The notes: generated by a model not told the origin, from the sequence alone. A stretch of DNA of 64,000 bases from Myxococcales bacterium (GCA_047601445.1 JASGJH010000001.1:3488001-3552000); one strand, 5' to 3'. Shown: positions 29,156 through 38,839, numbered from the stretch's first letter. Numbers and translations: made by a program.

Positions 29156-30307
29156 ATGCTCAAGGTCCTCTCCCAGCGCACCCTCAACCGCACCTTCCTC
29201 GAACGCCAGGGCCTGCTGCGTCCACGCAAGTTGCGCGCGCTCGCGGCGCTCGAGCAGCTGGTGGGCCTGCAAGCGCAGGCTCCCTTCGACCCCTACCTCG
29301 CGCTATTCAATCGGCTGATCGGTTTCGATCCGAACGAGCTCGCTCAGCTGCTGCTCGAGCGGCGCGCGGTGCGGCTGTCCTTGATGCGCTCCACCATTCA
29401 TCTGGTAAGCGCGGACGACTGCCTCACGCTCCGGCCCGTGATGCAGAGCGTGAACGAGCGCAATTTTCTGGTAGGGAGCCCATACGGGAAGAAGCTCAAG
29501 GGCATCGACCTGCCGCGCTTGCTGCGGGCGGGACGGGCCTTGCTCGAGCAGCAGCCGCTCACCACCTCCGAGCTCGCCGTGCAGCTCGTCGAAAAGTTCC
29601 CGGAATTCGACGGCGAGTCGATGGCCTACGCGCTGCGCAACTACCTGCCGCTGATCCAGGTCACCCCGCGCGGCGTCTGGGGCAAGAGCGGACGCTCGGC
29701 TTGCACCACGGCCCGCGCCTGGCTCGACCGCGAGCTCGCCGAGGAGAGCGCGCCCGATGCCACCTTGCTGCGCTACCTTCGCGCCTTCGGCCCCGCCAGC
29801 GTGCTCGACGTGCAAACCTGGTCGGGCCTCACACGCCTCGCGCCCGTCCTCGAACGCCTGACGCCCAAGCTCGAGCTCTTTCAGGACGAGCAAGGCCGCA
29901 CGCTCTACGACGTGCCCGGCGTACCGCTCGTCGACGCGGAAACCCCGGCGCCGCCGCGCTTCATGCCGGAGTTCGACAACGCCCTGCTCTCCCACGCCGA
30001 TCGCAGCCGCATCATCCCTCCGGAACCGGGCGGCCAGGGCTTCCTTTACCGTGCGGCCTTCCTGCTCGATGGCTTCGTGGCGGGTAGCTGGAAGCTCGAG
30101 CGAACAAAACGGCAGGCCCGCCTGTTGATCGCGCCGTACCATGCTCCGACCAAGCGCGATCGTGGCGCCTTGCTCAAGGAGGCAGAGCGCGTGCTTACCT
30201 TCTATGCGCCCACCGCAGAGCACGGCATCGAGCTGCAGCTGCCGAGCAAGCCCGTCACCAAGGCGGTCCCCCGAGCCAGGCGGACACGCGCCCCCGTACG
30301 ACGCTAG
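29156..30307 (+). CDS. AlkZ-like DNA glycosylase (HTH_42 winged-helix family)
   Basis: LNRTFLERQGLL, GLQAQ (QxQ motif), MRSTIHLV, RYLRAFGPAS..D...WSGL, FMPEFDNALLSH. Confidence 0.88.
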   Translation: MLKVLSQRTLNRTFLERQGLLRPRKLRALAALEQLVGLQAQAPFDPYLALFNRLIGFDPNELAQLLLERRAVRLSLMRSTIHLVSADDCLTLRPVMQSVNERNFLVGSPYGKKLKGIDLPRLLRAGRALLEQQPLTTSELAVQLVEKFPEFDGESMAYALRNYLPLIQVTPRGVWGKSGRSACTTARAWLDRELAEESAPDATLLRYLRAFGPASVLDVQTWSGLTRLAPVLERLTPKLELFQDEQGRTLYDVPGVPLVDAETPAPPRFMPEFDNALLSHADRSRIIPPEPGGQGFLYRAAFLLDGFVAGSWKLERTKRQARLLIAPYHAPTKRDRGALLKEAERVLTFYAPTAEHGIELQLPSKPVTKAVPRARRTRAPVRR

Positions 30308-30356
30308 GGGGTGTCCCCAGGGGCCTGACCCAGCCTCCCGTGGTATGGCTCCGGCC

Positions 30357-31214
30357 ATGCCGCTTTCGGATCAAGTCGTGTTGGTGACCGGCTGCTCCTC
30401 GGGCATCGGTCGAGCCCTGGCCCTGGAGCTCCACAAGCGTGGGCAGCGCGTCTTTGCCAGTGCGCGCAACCCCGCTTCGCTCGCGGGCTTGAACTGCGAA
30501 AAGCTGAGCCTGGACGTGACGGACCAAGCCTCGATCCAGTGCGCGGTCGACGAAGTAATCGCCAAGGCGGGGCGCATCGACATGCTGGTGAACAATGCCG
30601 GCTTCAACTTGATCGGCCCGCTCGCCGAAGTTCCCCTCGAGAGCGTCCGCAAGCTGTTCGAAACCAACCTCACGGGCCTGCTCGCGGCCAGCCAGGTCGT
30701 GATTCCCCACATGGCCAAGCAGCGCCACGGACGCATCGTGAACCTGGGTAGCGTGGTGGGCCTGTTGCCGACACCCTTCGCGGGGCCTTACTGCGCCACC
30801 AAGGCCGCCGTCCACATGCTGAGCGACGTGCTGCGCATGGAGTGCGCGCCCTTCGGTATCGACGTCATCGTGGTGCAGCCGGGCGGGGTGCGCTCGAGCA
30901 TCGCGGACACAGCCTCACAGGGGCTCGAGCGCTACGCCCACGAGGGCTCGCTCTACCAACCCGTGCACGGCTACATCCACAAGCGCGCCCAGGCCTCGCA
31001 GGACCGCGCCATGGAGGCCGAGGAGTTCGCCGAGCGCGTGGCCACGGCCATCCTGGCGGATCAGGCGCCACGCAAGGTGCGGGAAGGCCGCGGCGCGCGT
31101 GTGTACCCGGCACTGAGTCGGTTGCCGGGCAAGCTGCGCGATCGTGCGTTGCAGAAGCGCTTTGGTTTGGAAGAGCTCGCGACGGCGTTGGCCCCGACCG
31201 AGCGCGGTAAGTGA
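30357..31214 (+). CDS. short-chain dehydrogenase/reductase
   Basis: TGCSSGIG, NNAG, YCATK. Confidence 0.92.
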   Translation: MPLSDQVVLVTGCSSGIGRALALELHKRGQRVFASARNPASLAGLNCEKLSLDVTDQASIQCAVDEVIAKAGRIDMLVNNAGFNLIGPLAEVPLESVRKLFETNLTGLLAASQVVIPHMAKQRHGRIVNLGSVVGLLPTPFAGPYCATKAAVHMLSDVLRMECAPFGIDVIVVQPGGVRSSIADTASQGLERYAHEGSLYQPVHGYIHKRAQASQDRAMEAEEFAERVATAILADQAPRKVREGRGARVYPALSRLPGKLRDRALQKRFGLEELATALAPTERGK

Positions 31215-31226
31215 ACGGATAACACG

Positions 31227-32177
31227 ATGGCCGGTGGCAGCCTGATCGCACTCATCGACGACATCGCCAGCATTCTGGACGACGTCGCCCTCCTCACCAA
31301 GGTCGCCACCAAGAAGACGGCGGGCGTGCTCGGTGACGACCTTGCGCTGAACGCGCAGCAGGTGTCCGGCGTGAAAGCCGAGCGCGAGCTGCCCGTTGTG
31401 TGGGCAGTGGCCAAGGGTTCCGCGCGCAACAAGGCCATCCTGGTGCCGGTGGCGCTCGCCATCAGCGCGCTGGCGCCATGGGCCGTGGTTCCGCTCTTGA
31501 TGTTCGGCGGCGCCTATCTGTGCTTCGAGGGCTGCGAGAAACTCGCACACAAGCTCTTGCACCCCGAGGAGGAAGACGCCGAAGACGCCGAGCTCGTCAA
31601 AAAGGTCAACGATCCGAACACGGATCTGGTGGCGCTCGAGAAGGACAAGATCAAGGGTGCCATCCGCACCGACTTCATCCTTTCCGCAGAGATCGTCACC
31701 ATCGCGCTCGGCACCGTGGCCAGCGCGCCGTTCCCCACCCAGGTCAGCGTGCTGGTCGGCATCTCCGCCCTGATGACGGCGGGCGTGTACGGCATCGTGG
31801 CATCCATCGTGAAGCTCGACGACCTGGGTTTCTTTTTGTACTGGCACGGCAAAGAGCGCGGCCGCAGCTTGCTCGGACGCCTCGAGGTGGGCGCGGGTGC
31901 GGCCATCTTGCGCACGGCTCCCTACCTCATGAAGGGACTCTCGATCGCGGGCACCGCGGCCATGTTCATGGTGGGCGGCGGTATTCTGGCTCACGGCATT
32001 CCCGGTGCCGAGCCCTGGTTCCACGGCCTGGTGGATCACGTGCGAGGCGTGGAAAACGTGGGCGGATTGTTGGCCCTGGTCCTGCCCACGGTGCTCCAGG
32101 TCGGGCTTGGCATCGCGGTCGGTACCGTGGCCGTGCTCGGCATGATGCTGTTTCAGCGGGTACGGGGATCCAAGTAG
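31227..32177 (+). CDS. DUF808 (YedI-like) inner membrane protein
   Basis: SLIALIDDIASILDD, KKTAGVLGDDLALNA, GAIRTDFILSAEI. Confidence 0.92.
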   Translation: MAGGSLIALIDDIASILDDVALLTKVATKKTAGVLGDDLALNAQQVSGVKAERELPVVWAVAKGSARNKAILVPVALAISALAPWAVVPLLMFGGAYLCFEGCEKLAHKLLHPEEEDAEDAELVKKVNDPNTDLVALEKDKIKGAIRTDFILSAEIVTIALGTVASAPFPTQVSVLVGISALMTAGVYGIVASIVKLDDLGFFLYWHGKERGRSLLGRLEVGAGAAILRTAPYLMKGLSIAGTAAMFMVGGGILAHGIPGAEPWFHGLVDHVRGVENVGGLLALVLPTVLQVGLGIAVGTVAVLGMMLFQRVRGSK

Positions 32178-32186
32178 AATCAGGAC

Positions 32187-32849
32187 ATGATCGAGCTCGC
32201 CGCCGACGCACGTATCGGAGTCATCGGCGACGTGCACGCGGAGGACGAGCGCCTGGCGGAGGTGCTCGACTTCCTCTCGGGCTGCGGTGTGCAGGGCATC
32301 CTGTGCACGGGCGACATCGCCGATGGCAGCGGCTCGGTGTCGCGCTGTTGCCAGCTGTTGGCCGCGGCCGGTGTGTACACGGTGCGCGGCAACCATGATC
32401 GCTGGCTGTTGGATCGCGAGATGCGCACGCTGCCCGACGCCACCCACCCGGACGACCTCAGCCGATCGGCGCGGACGTATCTCGAAGCCTTGCCCGCCGT
32501 GCTGCGCTTCGGCACTTCGCTGGGAACGCTTCTGCTGTGTCACGGACTGGGCGAAAACGACATGGCCCGGGTGAATCCCGACGACCGCGGCTACGCGCTG
32601 CAGAGCAACGACGAGCTGCAAGCGCTCATGCGCGACCCCGGCGTGCAGCTGCTGATCAACGGGCACAGCCATCGCCCGATGGTGCGCCATTTCCCCGGAC
32701 TCACCGTGATCAACGCGGGCACGCTGCACCGCGCGCACCAGCCAGGCTTCGTGATCGTGGACCTGGCGGCACACTGCGTGGAGCGCTTCGGCTGGAGCTC
32801 GCAATCGATCGCCACCAATGGTCCTCCGCTGGCCCTGAGCGAAGGCTGA
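32187..32849 (+). CDS. metallophosphoesterase family protein
   Basis: GDVH, GDIAD, GNHD, CHG, GHSH. Confidence 0.9.
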   Translation: MIELAADARIGVIGDVHAEDERLAEVLDFLSGCGVQGILCTGDIADGSGSVSRCCQLLAAAGVYTVRGNHDRWLLDREMRTLPDATHPDDLSRSARTYLEALPAVLRFGTSLGTLLLCHGLGENDMARVNPDDRGYALQSNDELQALMRDPGVQLLINGHSHRPMVRHFPGLTVINAGTLHRAHQPGFVIVDLAAHCVERFGWSSQSIATNGPPLALSEG

Positions 32850-32875
32850 TCGGCGCGCCCCGTACGAGGGCCGCT

Positions 32876-34399
32876 TCAGCGCAAGGGGGCGAGCGGCAGT
32901 TGCGGCGTGATGATGCTCGGAACCATGGGGCTCGCCGGGTTCAGCGGGTTCGGCAACAGCGGCGTCGGTGCCTGCGCAGCCCGTAGCGCCTCCTCGCGCT
33001 CGGCGGCCTCTCGCCGCGCCACCGCCGCAGCCAGGCGTTCCGCCTCGTCGTTCTTGTCCGGCGGCCCGACGTTGCGCTCCTGGAAGATGGGCTTTTTGGT
33101 GCGCTCCGAGTTGCGCACGTGCACCACGGGAGCTTGCTCGAGGTTCCAGTAGCGCACCGAGGTCCAGCCCGGAGGTAACGGCGGCTCCAGCCAGTCGAAC
33201 AAGTAGCGCGCGTCGAGCGGCGAGAGATTGGCGCAACCGTGGGACTTCACGGCGCCGAAGCGATCGTGCCAGTAGGCCGCGTGCAGCGCGTTGTGGGCCT
33301 GGAAGAACATGACCCAGGGCACGCGGTTCACGTAGTAGGGAGCGTCGTCGTAGGCCTGGGACTTCATGGTGATGGCCGTGGCCTTGCCCCACACCGGATA
33401 GTTGCCGCGCGGCGTGTGATTGGGCTCCCGACCCGACGACGTGAGCGTGGCGTAGACGGGCAGCTCTCCCGCGTAGGCCACCACCACTTGCTCCCCCAAG
33501 TCCACGTCGATCCACTGCGTGTGCAGGCCCGCCTCCGGCGGCCGCGCGCTCTTGCGCACCTCGTTGAGTTGGACCGCCTTCATGAAGCGCCCCTCGCCGA
33601 TTTGCACCCAGCGATCGCGCCCCTCGCCTTGCTCGCCCACGATGTCCACACGCGTGCGGCGTGGCAGCTCCTCGAGCTTCTTGCCCTTGGGCGCGTCGTA
33701 CACGGGCGCCTTGTGCGGCGTGACCCAGGCGAAGGGGAAGTGTTCGCTGGGCGAGAGCTGTACGCCTTGCCACTCCGAGAACTTCTTGAGCCCGAAGGTT
33801 CCTTCCGTGGGCAGGATCTTGCCGTCGATGGTGATGAAGTATTTGACCCCCTCGAACTCCAACGTGGACGGGGGCGGCGCGAGCGCGATGGTGTCGCCGC
33901 GACCGAGCTGTCGCTCCGGCTCCTCGTGGGCCATCAGCGACTGCTCCGAGGCCCACATCGGCAGGAAGCTGCCCTCCTCCACCGTGACCATCACGTAGAC
34001 GTAGGGAACCGACGAGCCCGGCACCAGGTTCAGCACCGACTCGCGCGTGGGCGGCAGGTCGGTGGGCTCGGAGTCCGCCGAGCACAGCCAACCGAAGGGC
34101 TCGAGCGCGTAGTAGATGGAGGTGGCGCAGTAGGGAGCGAAGGAAAACTCGACCTGGCCGCGCACCCGCACGCGCGTGCCCCGCGCGATGTTGCCCACCA
34201 GCGGCGCGGTGTACACCGGACGCGCAAAGACGTTGGCGTCCCAATCACCGTTCTCCGGCAGAACCTCCACCGTGGTGACGGGTGCCCTGCCGATAGGAGG
34301 CTCCGCCTCGAGGACCGGCGCAACGTAGGGCCGAATCGGCGTTGGCTTGGCGGGCTTGAGCTGAAGGCCGAACAGGCCCCACAAGAGCGCGAGTAACAT
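32876..34399 (-). CDS. L,D-transpeptidase (YkuD) family protein
   Basis: WIDVDLGEQ, SSGR...TPRG, ALHAAYWH...SHGCANL. Confidence 0.9.
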   Translation of the reverse strand: MLLALLWGLFGLQLKPAKPTPIRPYVAPVLEAEPPIGRAPVTTVEVLPENGDWDANVFARPVYTAPLVGNIARGTRVRVRGQVEFSFAPYCATSIYYALEPFGWLCSADSEPTDLPPTRESVLNLVPGSSVPYVYVMVTVEEGSFLPMWASEQSLMAHEEPERQLGRGDTIALAPPPSTLEFEGVKYFITIDGKILPTEGTFGLKKFSEWQGVQLSPSEHFPFAWVTPHKAPVYDAPKGKKLEELPRRTRVDIVGEQGEGRDRWVQIGEGRFMKAVQLNEVRKSARPPEAGLHTQWIDVDLGEQVVVAYAGELPVYATLTSSGREPNHTPRGNYPVWGKATAITMKSQAYDDAPYYVNRVPWVMFFQAHNALHAAYWHDRFGAVKSHGCANLSPLDARYLFDWLEPPLPPGWTSVRYWNLEQAPVVHVRNSERTKKPIFQERNVGPPDKNDEAERLAAAVARREAAEREEALRAAQAPTPLLPNPLNPASPMVPSIITPQLPLAPLR

Positions 34400-34435
34400 C
34401 CCGCCCAGTCTATCACTGTCCTGGGCCGAACGCGC

Positions 34436-34936
34436 TCAGCCGAGCGGCATGATCAGACACGTGGTGGTGGCGTGTGCATACAGCTTCTGGTCGTTGACAC
34501 CCACCAGGCGCCCCTCCGCCGTGGCCACCTTGGAGCCCGCGTGCACGATCTTCCCCTCGGCCCGCACCGGGCCGGTGCTTGCGAGTAACGCCCGGGTGAA
34601 GTTGAGCTTCAGCTCGAGCGTGGTGTAGGTGGTGCCAGCAGGCAGCGTCGAATGCACGGCGCAGCCCACCACCGAGTCCAGCAAGGTGGCCGCGTAGCCT
34701 CCGTGCACGCTGCCGAGCGGGTTGTAGGCCCACTCCTTGGGCGTGCCCTCCGCCACGACCCGCCCATGCTCGACGTGCACCAGGGTGTAGTCGAGGGTCT
34801 GCATGATGGGCGGCGGCGCGAGCTCACCCGCGATCATGCGCTGCAGGAGCTCGAGCCCCGTGAGCTTGACCAGATCCGACTTCACGTAGCGCAAGGGATG
34901 ATATTCGTAGCTGCGGGTTTCGGTGGGGAAGGTCAT
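34436..34936 (-). CDS. PaaI family thioesterase
   Basis: YNPLGSVHGGYAATLLDS, YTTLELKLNF, AHATTTC. Start ATG 34936. Confidence 0.92.
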   Translation of the reverse strand: MTFPTETRSYEYHPLRYVKSDLVKLTGLELLQRMIAGELAPPPIMQTLDYTLVHVEHGRVVAEGTPKEWAYNPLGSVHGGYAATLLDSVVGCAVHSTLPAGTTYTTLELKLNFTRALLASTGPVRAEGKIVHAGSKVATAEGRLVGVNDQKLYAHATTTCLIMPLG

Positions 34937-34993
34937 GACGGCAGTGTTCGGCCGAGGCCATGCATTCGCCAGCATCGACTTTGAAATCGTATG

Positions 34994-35007
34994 ATTCATA
35001 TTTGAAT
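34994..35007. promoter_or_regulatory. candidate LysR recognition site
   Basis: ATTCA-TATT-TGAAT inverted repeat between the divergent PaaI and LysR genes; one base shorter than a canonical T-N11-A dyad. Confidence 0.45.
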
Positions 35008-35009
35008 GG

Positions 35010-35912
35010 ATGCTGGACTGGAACGGGTACCGGGTGCTGCTGTCGGTGGTCGAGCAAGGCTCGTTTTCGGCGGCGGCACGCCACACGGGCATGAGTCAGC
35101 CCACGGTGAGCCGCCACATCGCGGCCCTCGAGCGGACGCTGGGAGTACGCCTGGTGCTGCGGCGCAAGCGCGGGGTGGCGCTGACACCCGCAGGAGAGCA
35201 AATGATGGAGGACGTGCGGCGCATGGCCCAGGCCGCCCAGGCCGCCTCGCTGCACGGTGCCCACGACACCAAGGAGGTCGACGGCGTGGTGCGCATTTCC
35301 TGCTCGGAGACGCTGGGCACCCTGTGGCTCCCCCACCGCCTGCGCTTCCTGCGTGAGCGCCACCCGCGTCTGCGCCTCGACGTCTCCATCGACAACGCCA
35401 TCGTGGACCTCTCCAAGCGTGAAGCCGATATCGCGCTGCGCCTGTCGCGCCCCAAGCAGCCTGGCCTCGTCGCGCGCAAGTTCGGCGCCCTGGGCTTCGG
35501 CTTGTTTGCCTCCCCAGGCTACCTCGACGCACGTGGCACACCGCGGCGTCTGCAGGATCTCGCCAAACACGACGTGATCGGCCTGGTCGCCGGGGGCCCC
35601 GTACCGAAGGCGATGCAGTGGCTGCGTCAGTTGGTGCCCGCCGAGCGCTTCGTGCTGTCGGCCAACACGCTGCTCGCGCAGCAGGAAGCAGCCCGCGCGG
35701 GCTGGGGCATCGCGCTCGCCCCGGCGCACCTGCTCGAGGGCGATCCGCGCTTGCGTCGCGTGCTGCCGCGCGCCAAGCCTCCGAGCCTCGATCTGTGGCT
35801 CGTCACCCACGAAGACGTGCGCAGGAGCGCGCGCGTGTCCGTGGTGGTCCAGGCGTTGGCGAGCACGCTCAGTCACGAGCGCATCGGTCTCAGCGGCGGC
35901 ACGGGCGGGTGA
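35010..35912 (+). CDS. LysR family transcriptional regulator
   Basis: GSFSAAARHTGMSQPTVSRHIAALE, LTPAG, READIALR. Confidence 0.93.
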   Translation: MLDWNGYRVLLSVVEQGSFSAAARHTGMSQPTVSRHIAALERTLGVRLVLRRKRGVALTPAGEQMMEDVRRMAQAAQAASLHGAHDTKEVDGVVRISCSETLGTLWLPHRLRFLRERHPRLRLDVSIDNAIVDLSKREADIALRLSRPKQPGLVARKFGALGFGLFASPGYLDARGTPRRLQDLAKHDVIGLVAGGPVPKAMQWLRQLVPAERFVLSANTLLAQQEAARAGWGIALAPAHLLEGDPRLRRVLPRAKPPSLDLWLVTHEDVRRSARVSVVVQALASTLSHERIGLSGGTGG

Positions 35913-36045
35913 TCTGGGGACTACCCGATCGACGATTCGACGTCGTCCTCACGTGCTTGATGCCTTCTTCCCGCGAAAGACGCAAACCTCAACTTCTACC
36001 CATCAATCTCAGAACCAGGCGACGCCACACTGGTGACGTTGACAG

Positions 36046-36513
36046 GTGATGGCGATGAGCATGTTGCCCCCTAACGAGAAGCCCCCGACGCGGCCGGGGG
36101 TCCCGGACTGCAACGCACCAGCGTGCACGAACGCCAAGAGGGAGCTCGACGAGGCTCGCGCCGCGTTCACGACAGTCTGCAATCGACTGAGCAGTGTCAC
36201 GAGCATCGTGAGATTTCTGCGGTCGATCATCAGCGCGCCTTTTTGGATCGTCATCGTGGTCCTCATCGTCGCGATCGTGGCCAGCATCTTCGGCATCTGG
36301 TTCATTGCCGTCGTGCTTTGGGCGCTCATTTTCATGTACTTCATCGCGTGGCTGCTCATTGAGGTCTTGATCCGCGTGCAAGCCTCCATCGGTGAAGAAT
36401 TGAGCAAGCAGAAAGACGCGGTCATCGGTGCCGTGGCCGAGGTGGTGACTGCGTGCCCCGAGTCTTGTCGTGGCGACCTTTCGCCTCCGACATGTGCCGG
36501 GGCGGGGCCGTAG
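36046..36513 (+). CDS. hypothetical membrane protein: long hydrophobic hairpin flanked by Cys-containing helices
   Basis: Roughly 45-residue uncharged stretch; 3 Cys before and 3 after; atypical codon usage; start uncertain (36046-36061). Confidence 0.6.
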   Translation: MMAMSMLPPNEKPPTRPGVPDCNAPACTNAKRELDEARAAFTTVCNRLSSVTSIVRFLRSIISAPFWIVIVVLIVAIVASIFGIWFIAVVLWALIFMYFIAWLLIEVLIRVQASIGEELSKQKDAVIGAVAEVVTACPESCRGDLSPPTCAGAGP

Positions 36514-36599
36514 CAGGCCCTTGCCGTTCGAGCGTAACCTCAGCACTCGGCCCCCTGGGCGTGGCCGGAAATCGAGGAAGACCTCGAGATGGGCGGTCC

Positions 36600-38087
36600 C
36601 TACAACCCCGTATTGACCCGCACCGTCCCATAGGGCGTGCCGATCTCTGCCCGAACCGTTGGCCACACGTCTACTCGCTCGCAATCGCGCTCGTGCGTTC
36701 TCGGATCGAAGGTGCAGCGAGTAACTTTGTGCGAGGTGAAGCTAAAGTTGAACGATGAGCCCACCGGCACCGTGCGCACGAGCTGTCCGTTGTCGAGTAT
36801 CTGTACCATGCCCTGGTTGATCGCCGCTCCAGTGACCGTGTCCACTGCCGTGACGCGATACTGCGTCGACACGTTCGGGCGGGCCGGGTATGGGCTTAGC
36901 GTCGCCCGGGCCGTTCCCGCGCTGACGGGCGTCCGCAGACGCAAGAGGATGGCTACCACCTGCGCCTGCAACGTCGGATCCGACAGCGCCTCTAGATGGT
37001 TCAGCAAGTTCGTCGTGTGTGATGCCGAGAACGGTAATCGAGCGCGTGCATCGCTGACCAACAGGTCTCCCGCGCCCGGTGCGATGTCGGGAGTCGCGAC
37101 TGCCAACGCGGTCGCGACAGCCATGAGCTCAGTGATCAAAGGAGTCGGCGCCGCCAGAACTGCGGGCACGAAGGTCGCGATATTGAGCGGAACGCCAACC
37201 ACAACAGGGGTGCTACCCCAGTGGAAGAGTGGGAATGGTACCAATGGAAAGAAGAACGGGATCGTGCTGTCCGGCGTGTAGATATCGGCCCATAGCCGGG
37301 CAAAGTCGGTACTGATGCCGCCGAAGGTGTGATAGGTCACGCCTGCGACCGGCTCGGCCGCGGCAATCGCTGCAAGCGTTGGGTTTCCGGGAATGAGCTC
37401 GGCGCGCGACGGATTCAAGACCATGCCGGCAAGCGCGGTCGCAAGCACCGCACCGGCAGGCAGTCCCGCTCCCGTAAACGCGGTCGCGGCGCGAGTGAGC
37501 AACGTTGCGACGGTGCCGGCGATGGACGCGACTCCCGAGCCGCTGTTCGGCGAATGCAGCGTGATCAACGAGGTGAATCGCGCCAAGAACCCTGCTCCGG
37601 CGCCAGTCAGGAAGGACCGCGCGACCAACCCGCCGCGGCTGTGCGCGACAAATGCCACCCGGAAGCCCAAGAGTGGAACCCCAGCGAAGCTACCGGTCGT
37701 GAGAACCTGCGTCACAAGGAGGGTCAGCTGCAACACGTCATTGGCGATCAAGGGGCCGGACTGCGTATAGGTAATCGTGGTGAAACCCGCCGCCTTCAGC
37801 GCAGTGTTCCAGCTGGTGAGCGGGCCTGCCGGGGGATCGAGGTAGAAGCGCGCAGCCGGCAGGACCGATGGCACGAAATGCAGGCCTTCATCCTTGTAGA
37901 ATGGAAACATCGCGCTGCGGTTGAAAGATAGGCCGGGGTAATTGGCGGCCGGCGCGGTCATGTCCAGGCTGTTGCCACCCATGCCGTGAAGCAAGACAAC
38001 GATGGGCAGACTTGGATCCGGCGCACTGGCCGTACAGTCGATGGTGACTGAGGTTCCGTCAGTCAGCGTGATGGTGGAGGTCGGCAC
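36600..38087 (-). CDS. alpha/beta hydrolase (lipase/PGAP1-like) with C-terminal beta domain
   Basis: VVLLHGMGG, FVAHSRGGLVAR nucleophile elbow, ITLHSPNSGS, GDLLVS, LNH. Confidence 0.8.
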   Translation of the reverse strand: MPTSTITLTDGTSVTIDCTASAPDPSLPIVVLLHGMGGNSLDMTAPAANYPGLSFNRSAMFPFYKDEGLHFVPSVLPAARFYLDPPAGPLTSWNTALKAAGFTTITYTQSGPLIANDVLQLTLLVTQVLTTGSFAGVPLLGFRVAFVAHSRGGLVARSFLTGAGAGFLARFTSLITLHSPNSGSGVASIAGTVATLLTRAATAFTGAGLPAGAVLATALAGMVLNPSRAELIPGNPTLAAIAAAEPVAGVTYHTFGGISTDFARLWADIYTPDSTIPFFFPLVPFPLFHWGSTPVVVGVPLNIATFVPAVLAAPTPLITELMAVATALAVATPDIAPGAGDLLVSDARARLPFSASHTTNLLNHLEALSDPTLQAQVVAILLRLRTPVSAGTARATLSPYPARPNVSTQYRVTAVDTVTGAAINQGMVQILDNGQLVRTVPVGSSFNFSFTSHKVTRCTFDPRTHERDCERVDVWPTVRAEIGTPYGTVRVNTGL

Positions 38088-38506
38088 TAGCGCTTCTCCG
38101 CTTGTCGAACCAGCAGGACCTGGCTCCGCACCTCGACACGATCGGCACTCGCGACGGTCTCCGTCAGCGCAAGAATCACGAGCTCGTCCTCGGGTGGCAG
38201 CTCTGCAAATTGAGAAACGCTGCGCTCTCCGTCGGAACCGCCTGCGGTGATGTACGCAATTGGTTCGACTTTTCGGGGATGCTCGCGCTCAAACCGGTCG
38301 AAAAGCTGTCGAATCTCGGCCGGAAGATCGGCAACAGCGGGAGCCTTCGCTTTGCCTCGAGTGCGTTCCTCGCTGGTTCTCTCCTCGAGGTCGGGCACGG
38401 GCGAGTATCCGATCAGTAGGCCGCGGTACTCCCGCATGATCTGTCTGGCGCGGTCGCCCGAGCCTTCCCACGCCATCCCGGTCCGCTCGCTCTCGTTCGG
38501 CTTCAT
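38087..38506 (-). CDS. hypothetical protein, translationally coupled to the hydrolase
   Basis: AAGGAG RBS before ATG 38506; its TAG overlaps the GTG of the next gene. Confidence 0.6.
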   Translation of the reverse strand: MKPNESERTGMAWEGSGDRARQIMREYRGLLIGYSPVPDLEERTSEERTRGKAKAPAVADLPAEIRQLFDRFEREHPRKVEPIAYITAGGSDGERSVSQFAELPPEDELVILALTETVASADRVEVRSQVLLVRQAEKR

Positions 38507-38839
38507 GGAATGCTCCTTGCCTCGGTACCTACGATTGTGGCCCAGCAGTCTGCATGGCATTTTTCGCCCGCCTGCGTGGGCGACTCTTGACCGACGTCGT
38601 GCACTTTGCGGCAGCCTGTCGCTGCACGTGAACTCCTGGATCGCCGCTAGACGTCGTGGCGTAGCAGCAGCGACTCTACGTCTGCCATGGGCGAGTCCTG
38701 AATCGCCATGGTCATTTTTCTTTGAGGCGATTCTTGAGCGCTTTTCCGTGCACGACGGCGCAGCGGCACAACTTGATCGACCTCGTCACGGCCGGCCTGA
38801 TTTGCCAGGACGACCCACAAAAGACATGTTCTCGCTTCC

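Noticed and set aside
30915..34244. 1109-aa minus-strand ORF and other long Arg/Ala-rich ORFs (e.g. 7951-10146, 15814-17721, 49827-51959)
   Set aside because: Off-frame or antisense shadows of well-supported genes, expected at this GC content; no motifs.
35935..38605. CGACGTCGT near both islet ends as an att site or target duplication
   Set aside because: A 9-bp GC-rich word likely to occur by chance; no integrase nearby.
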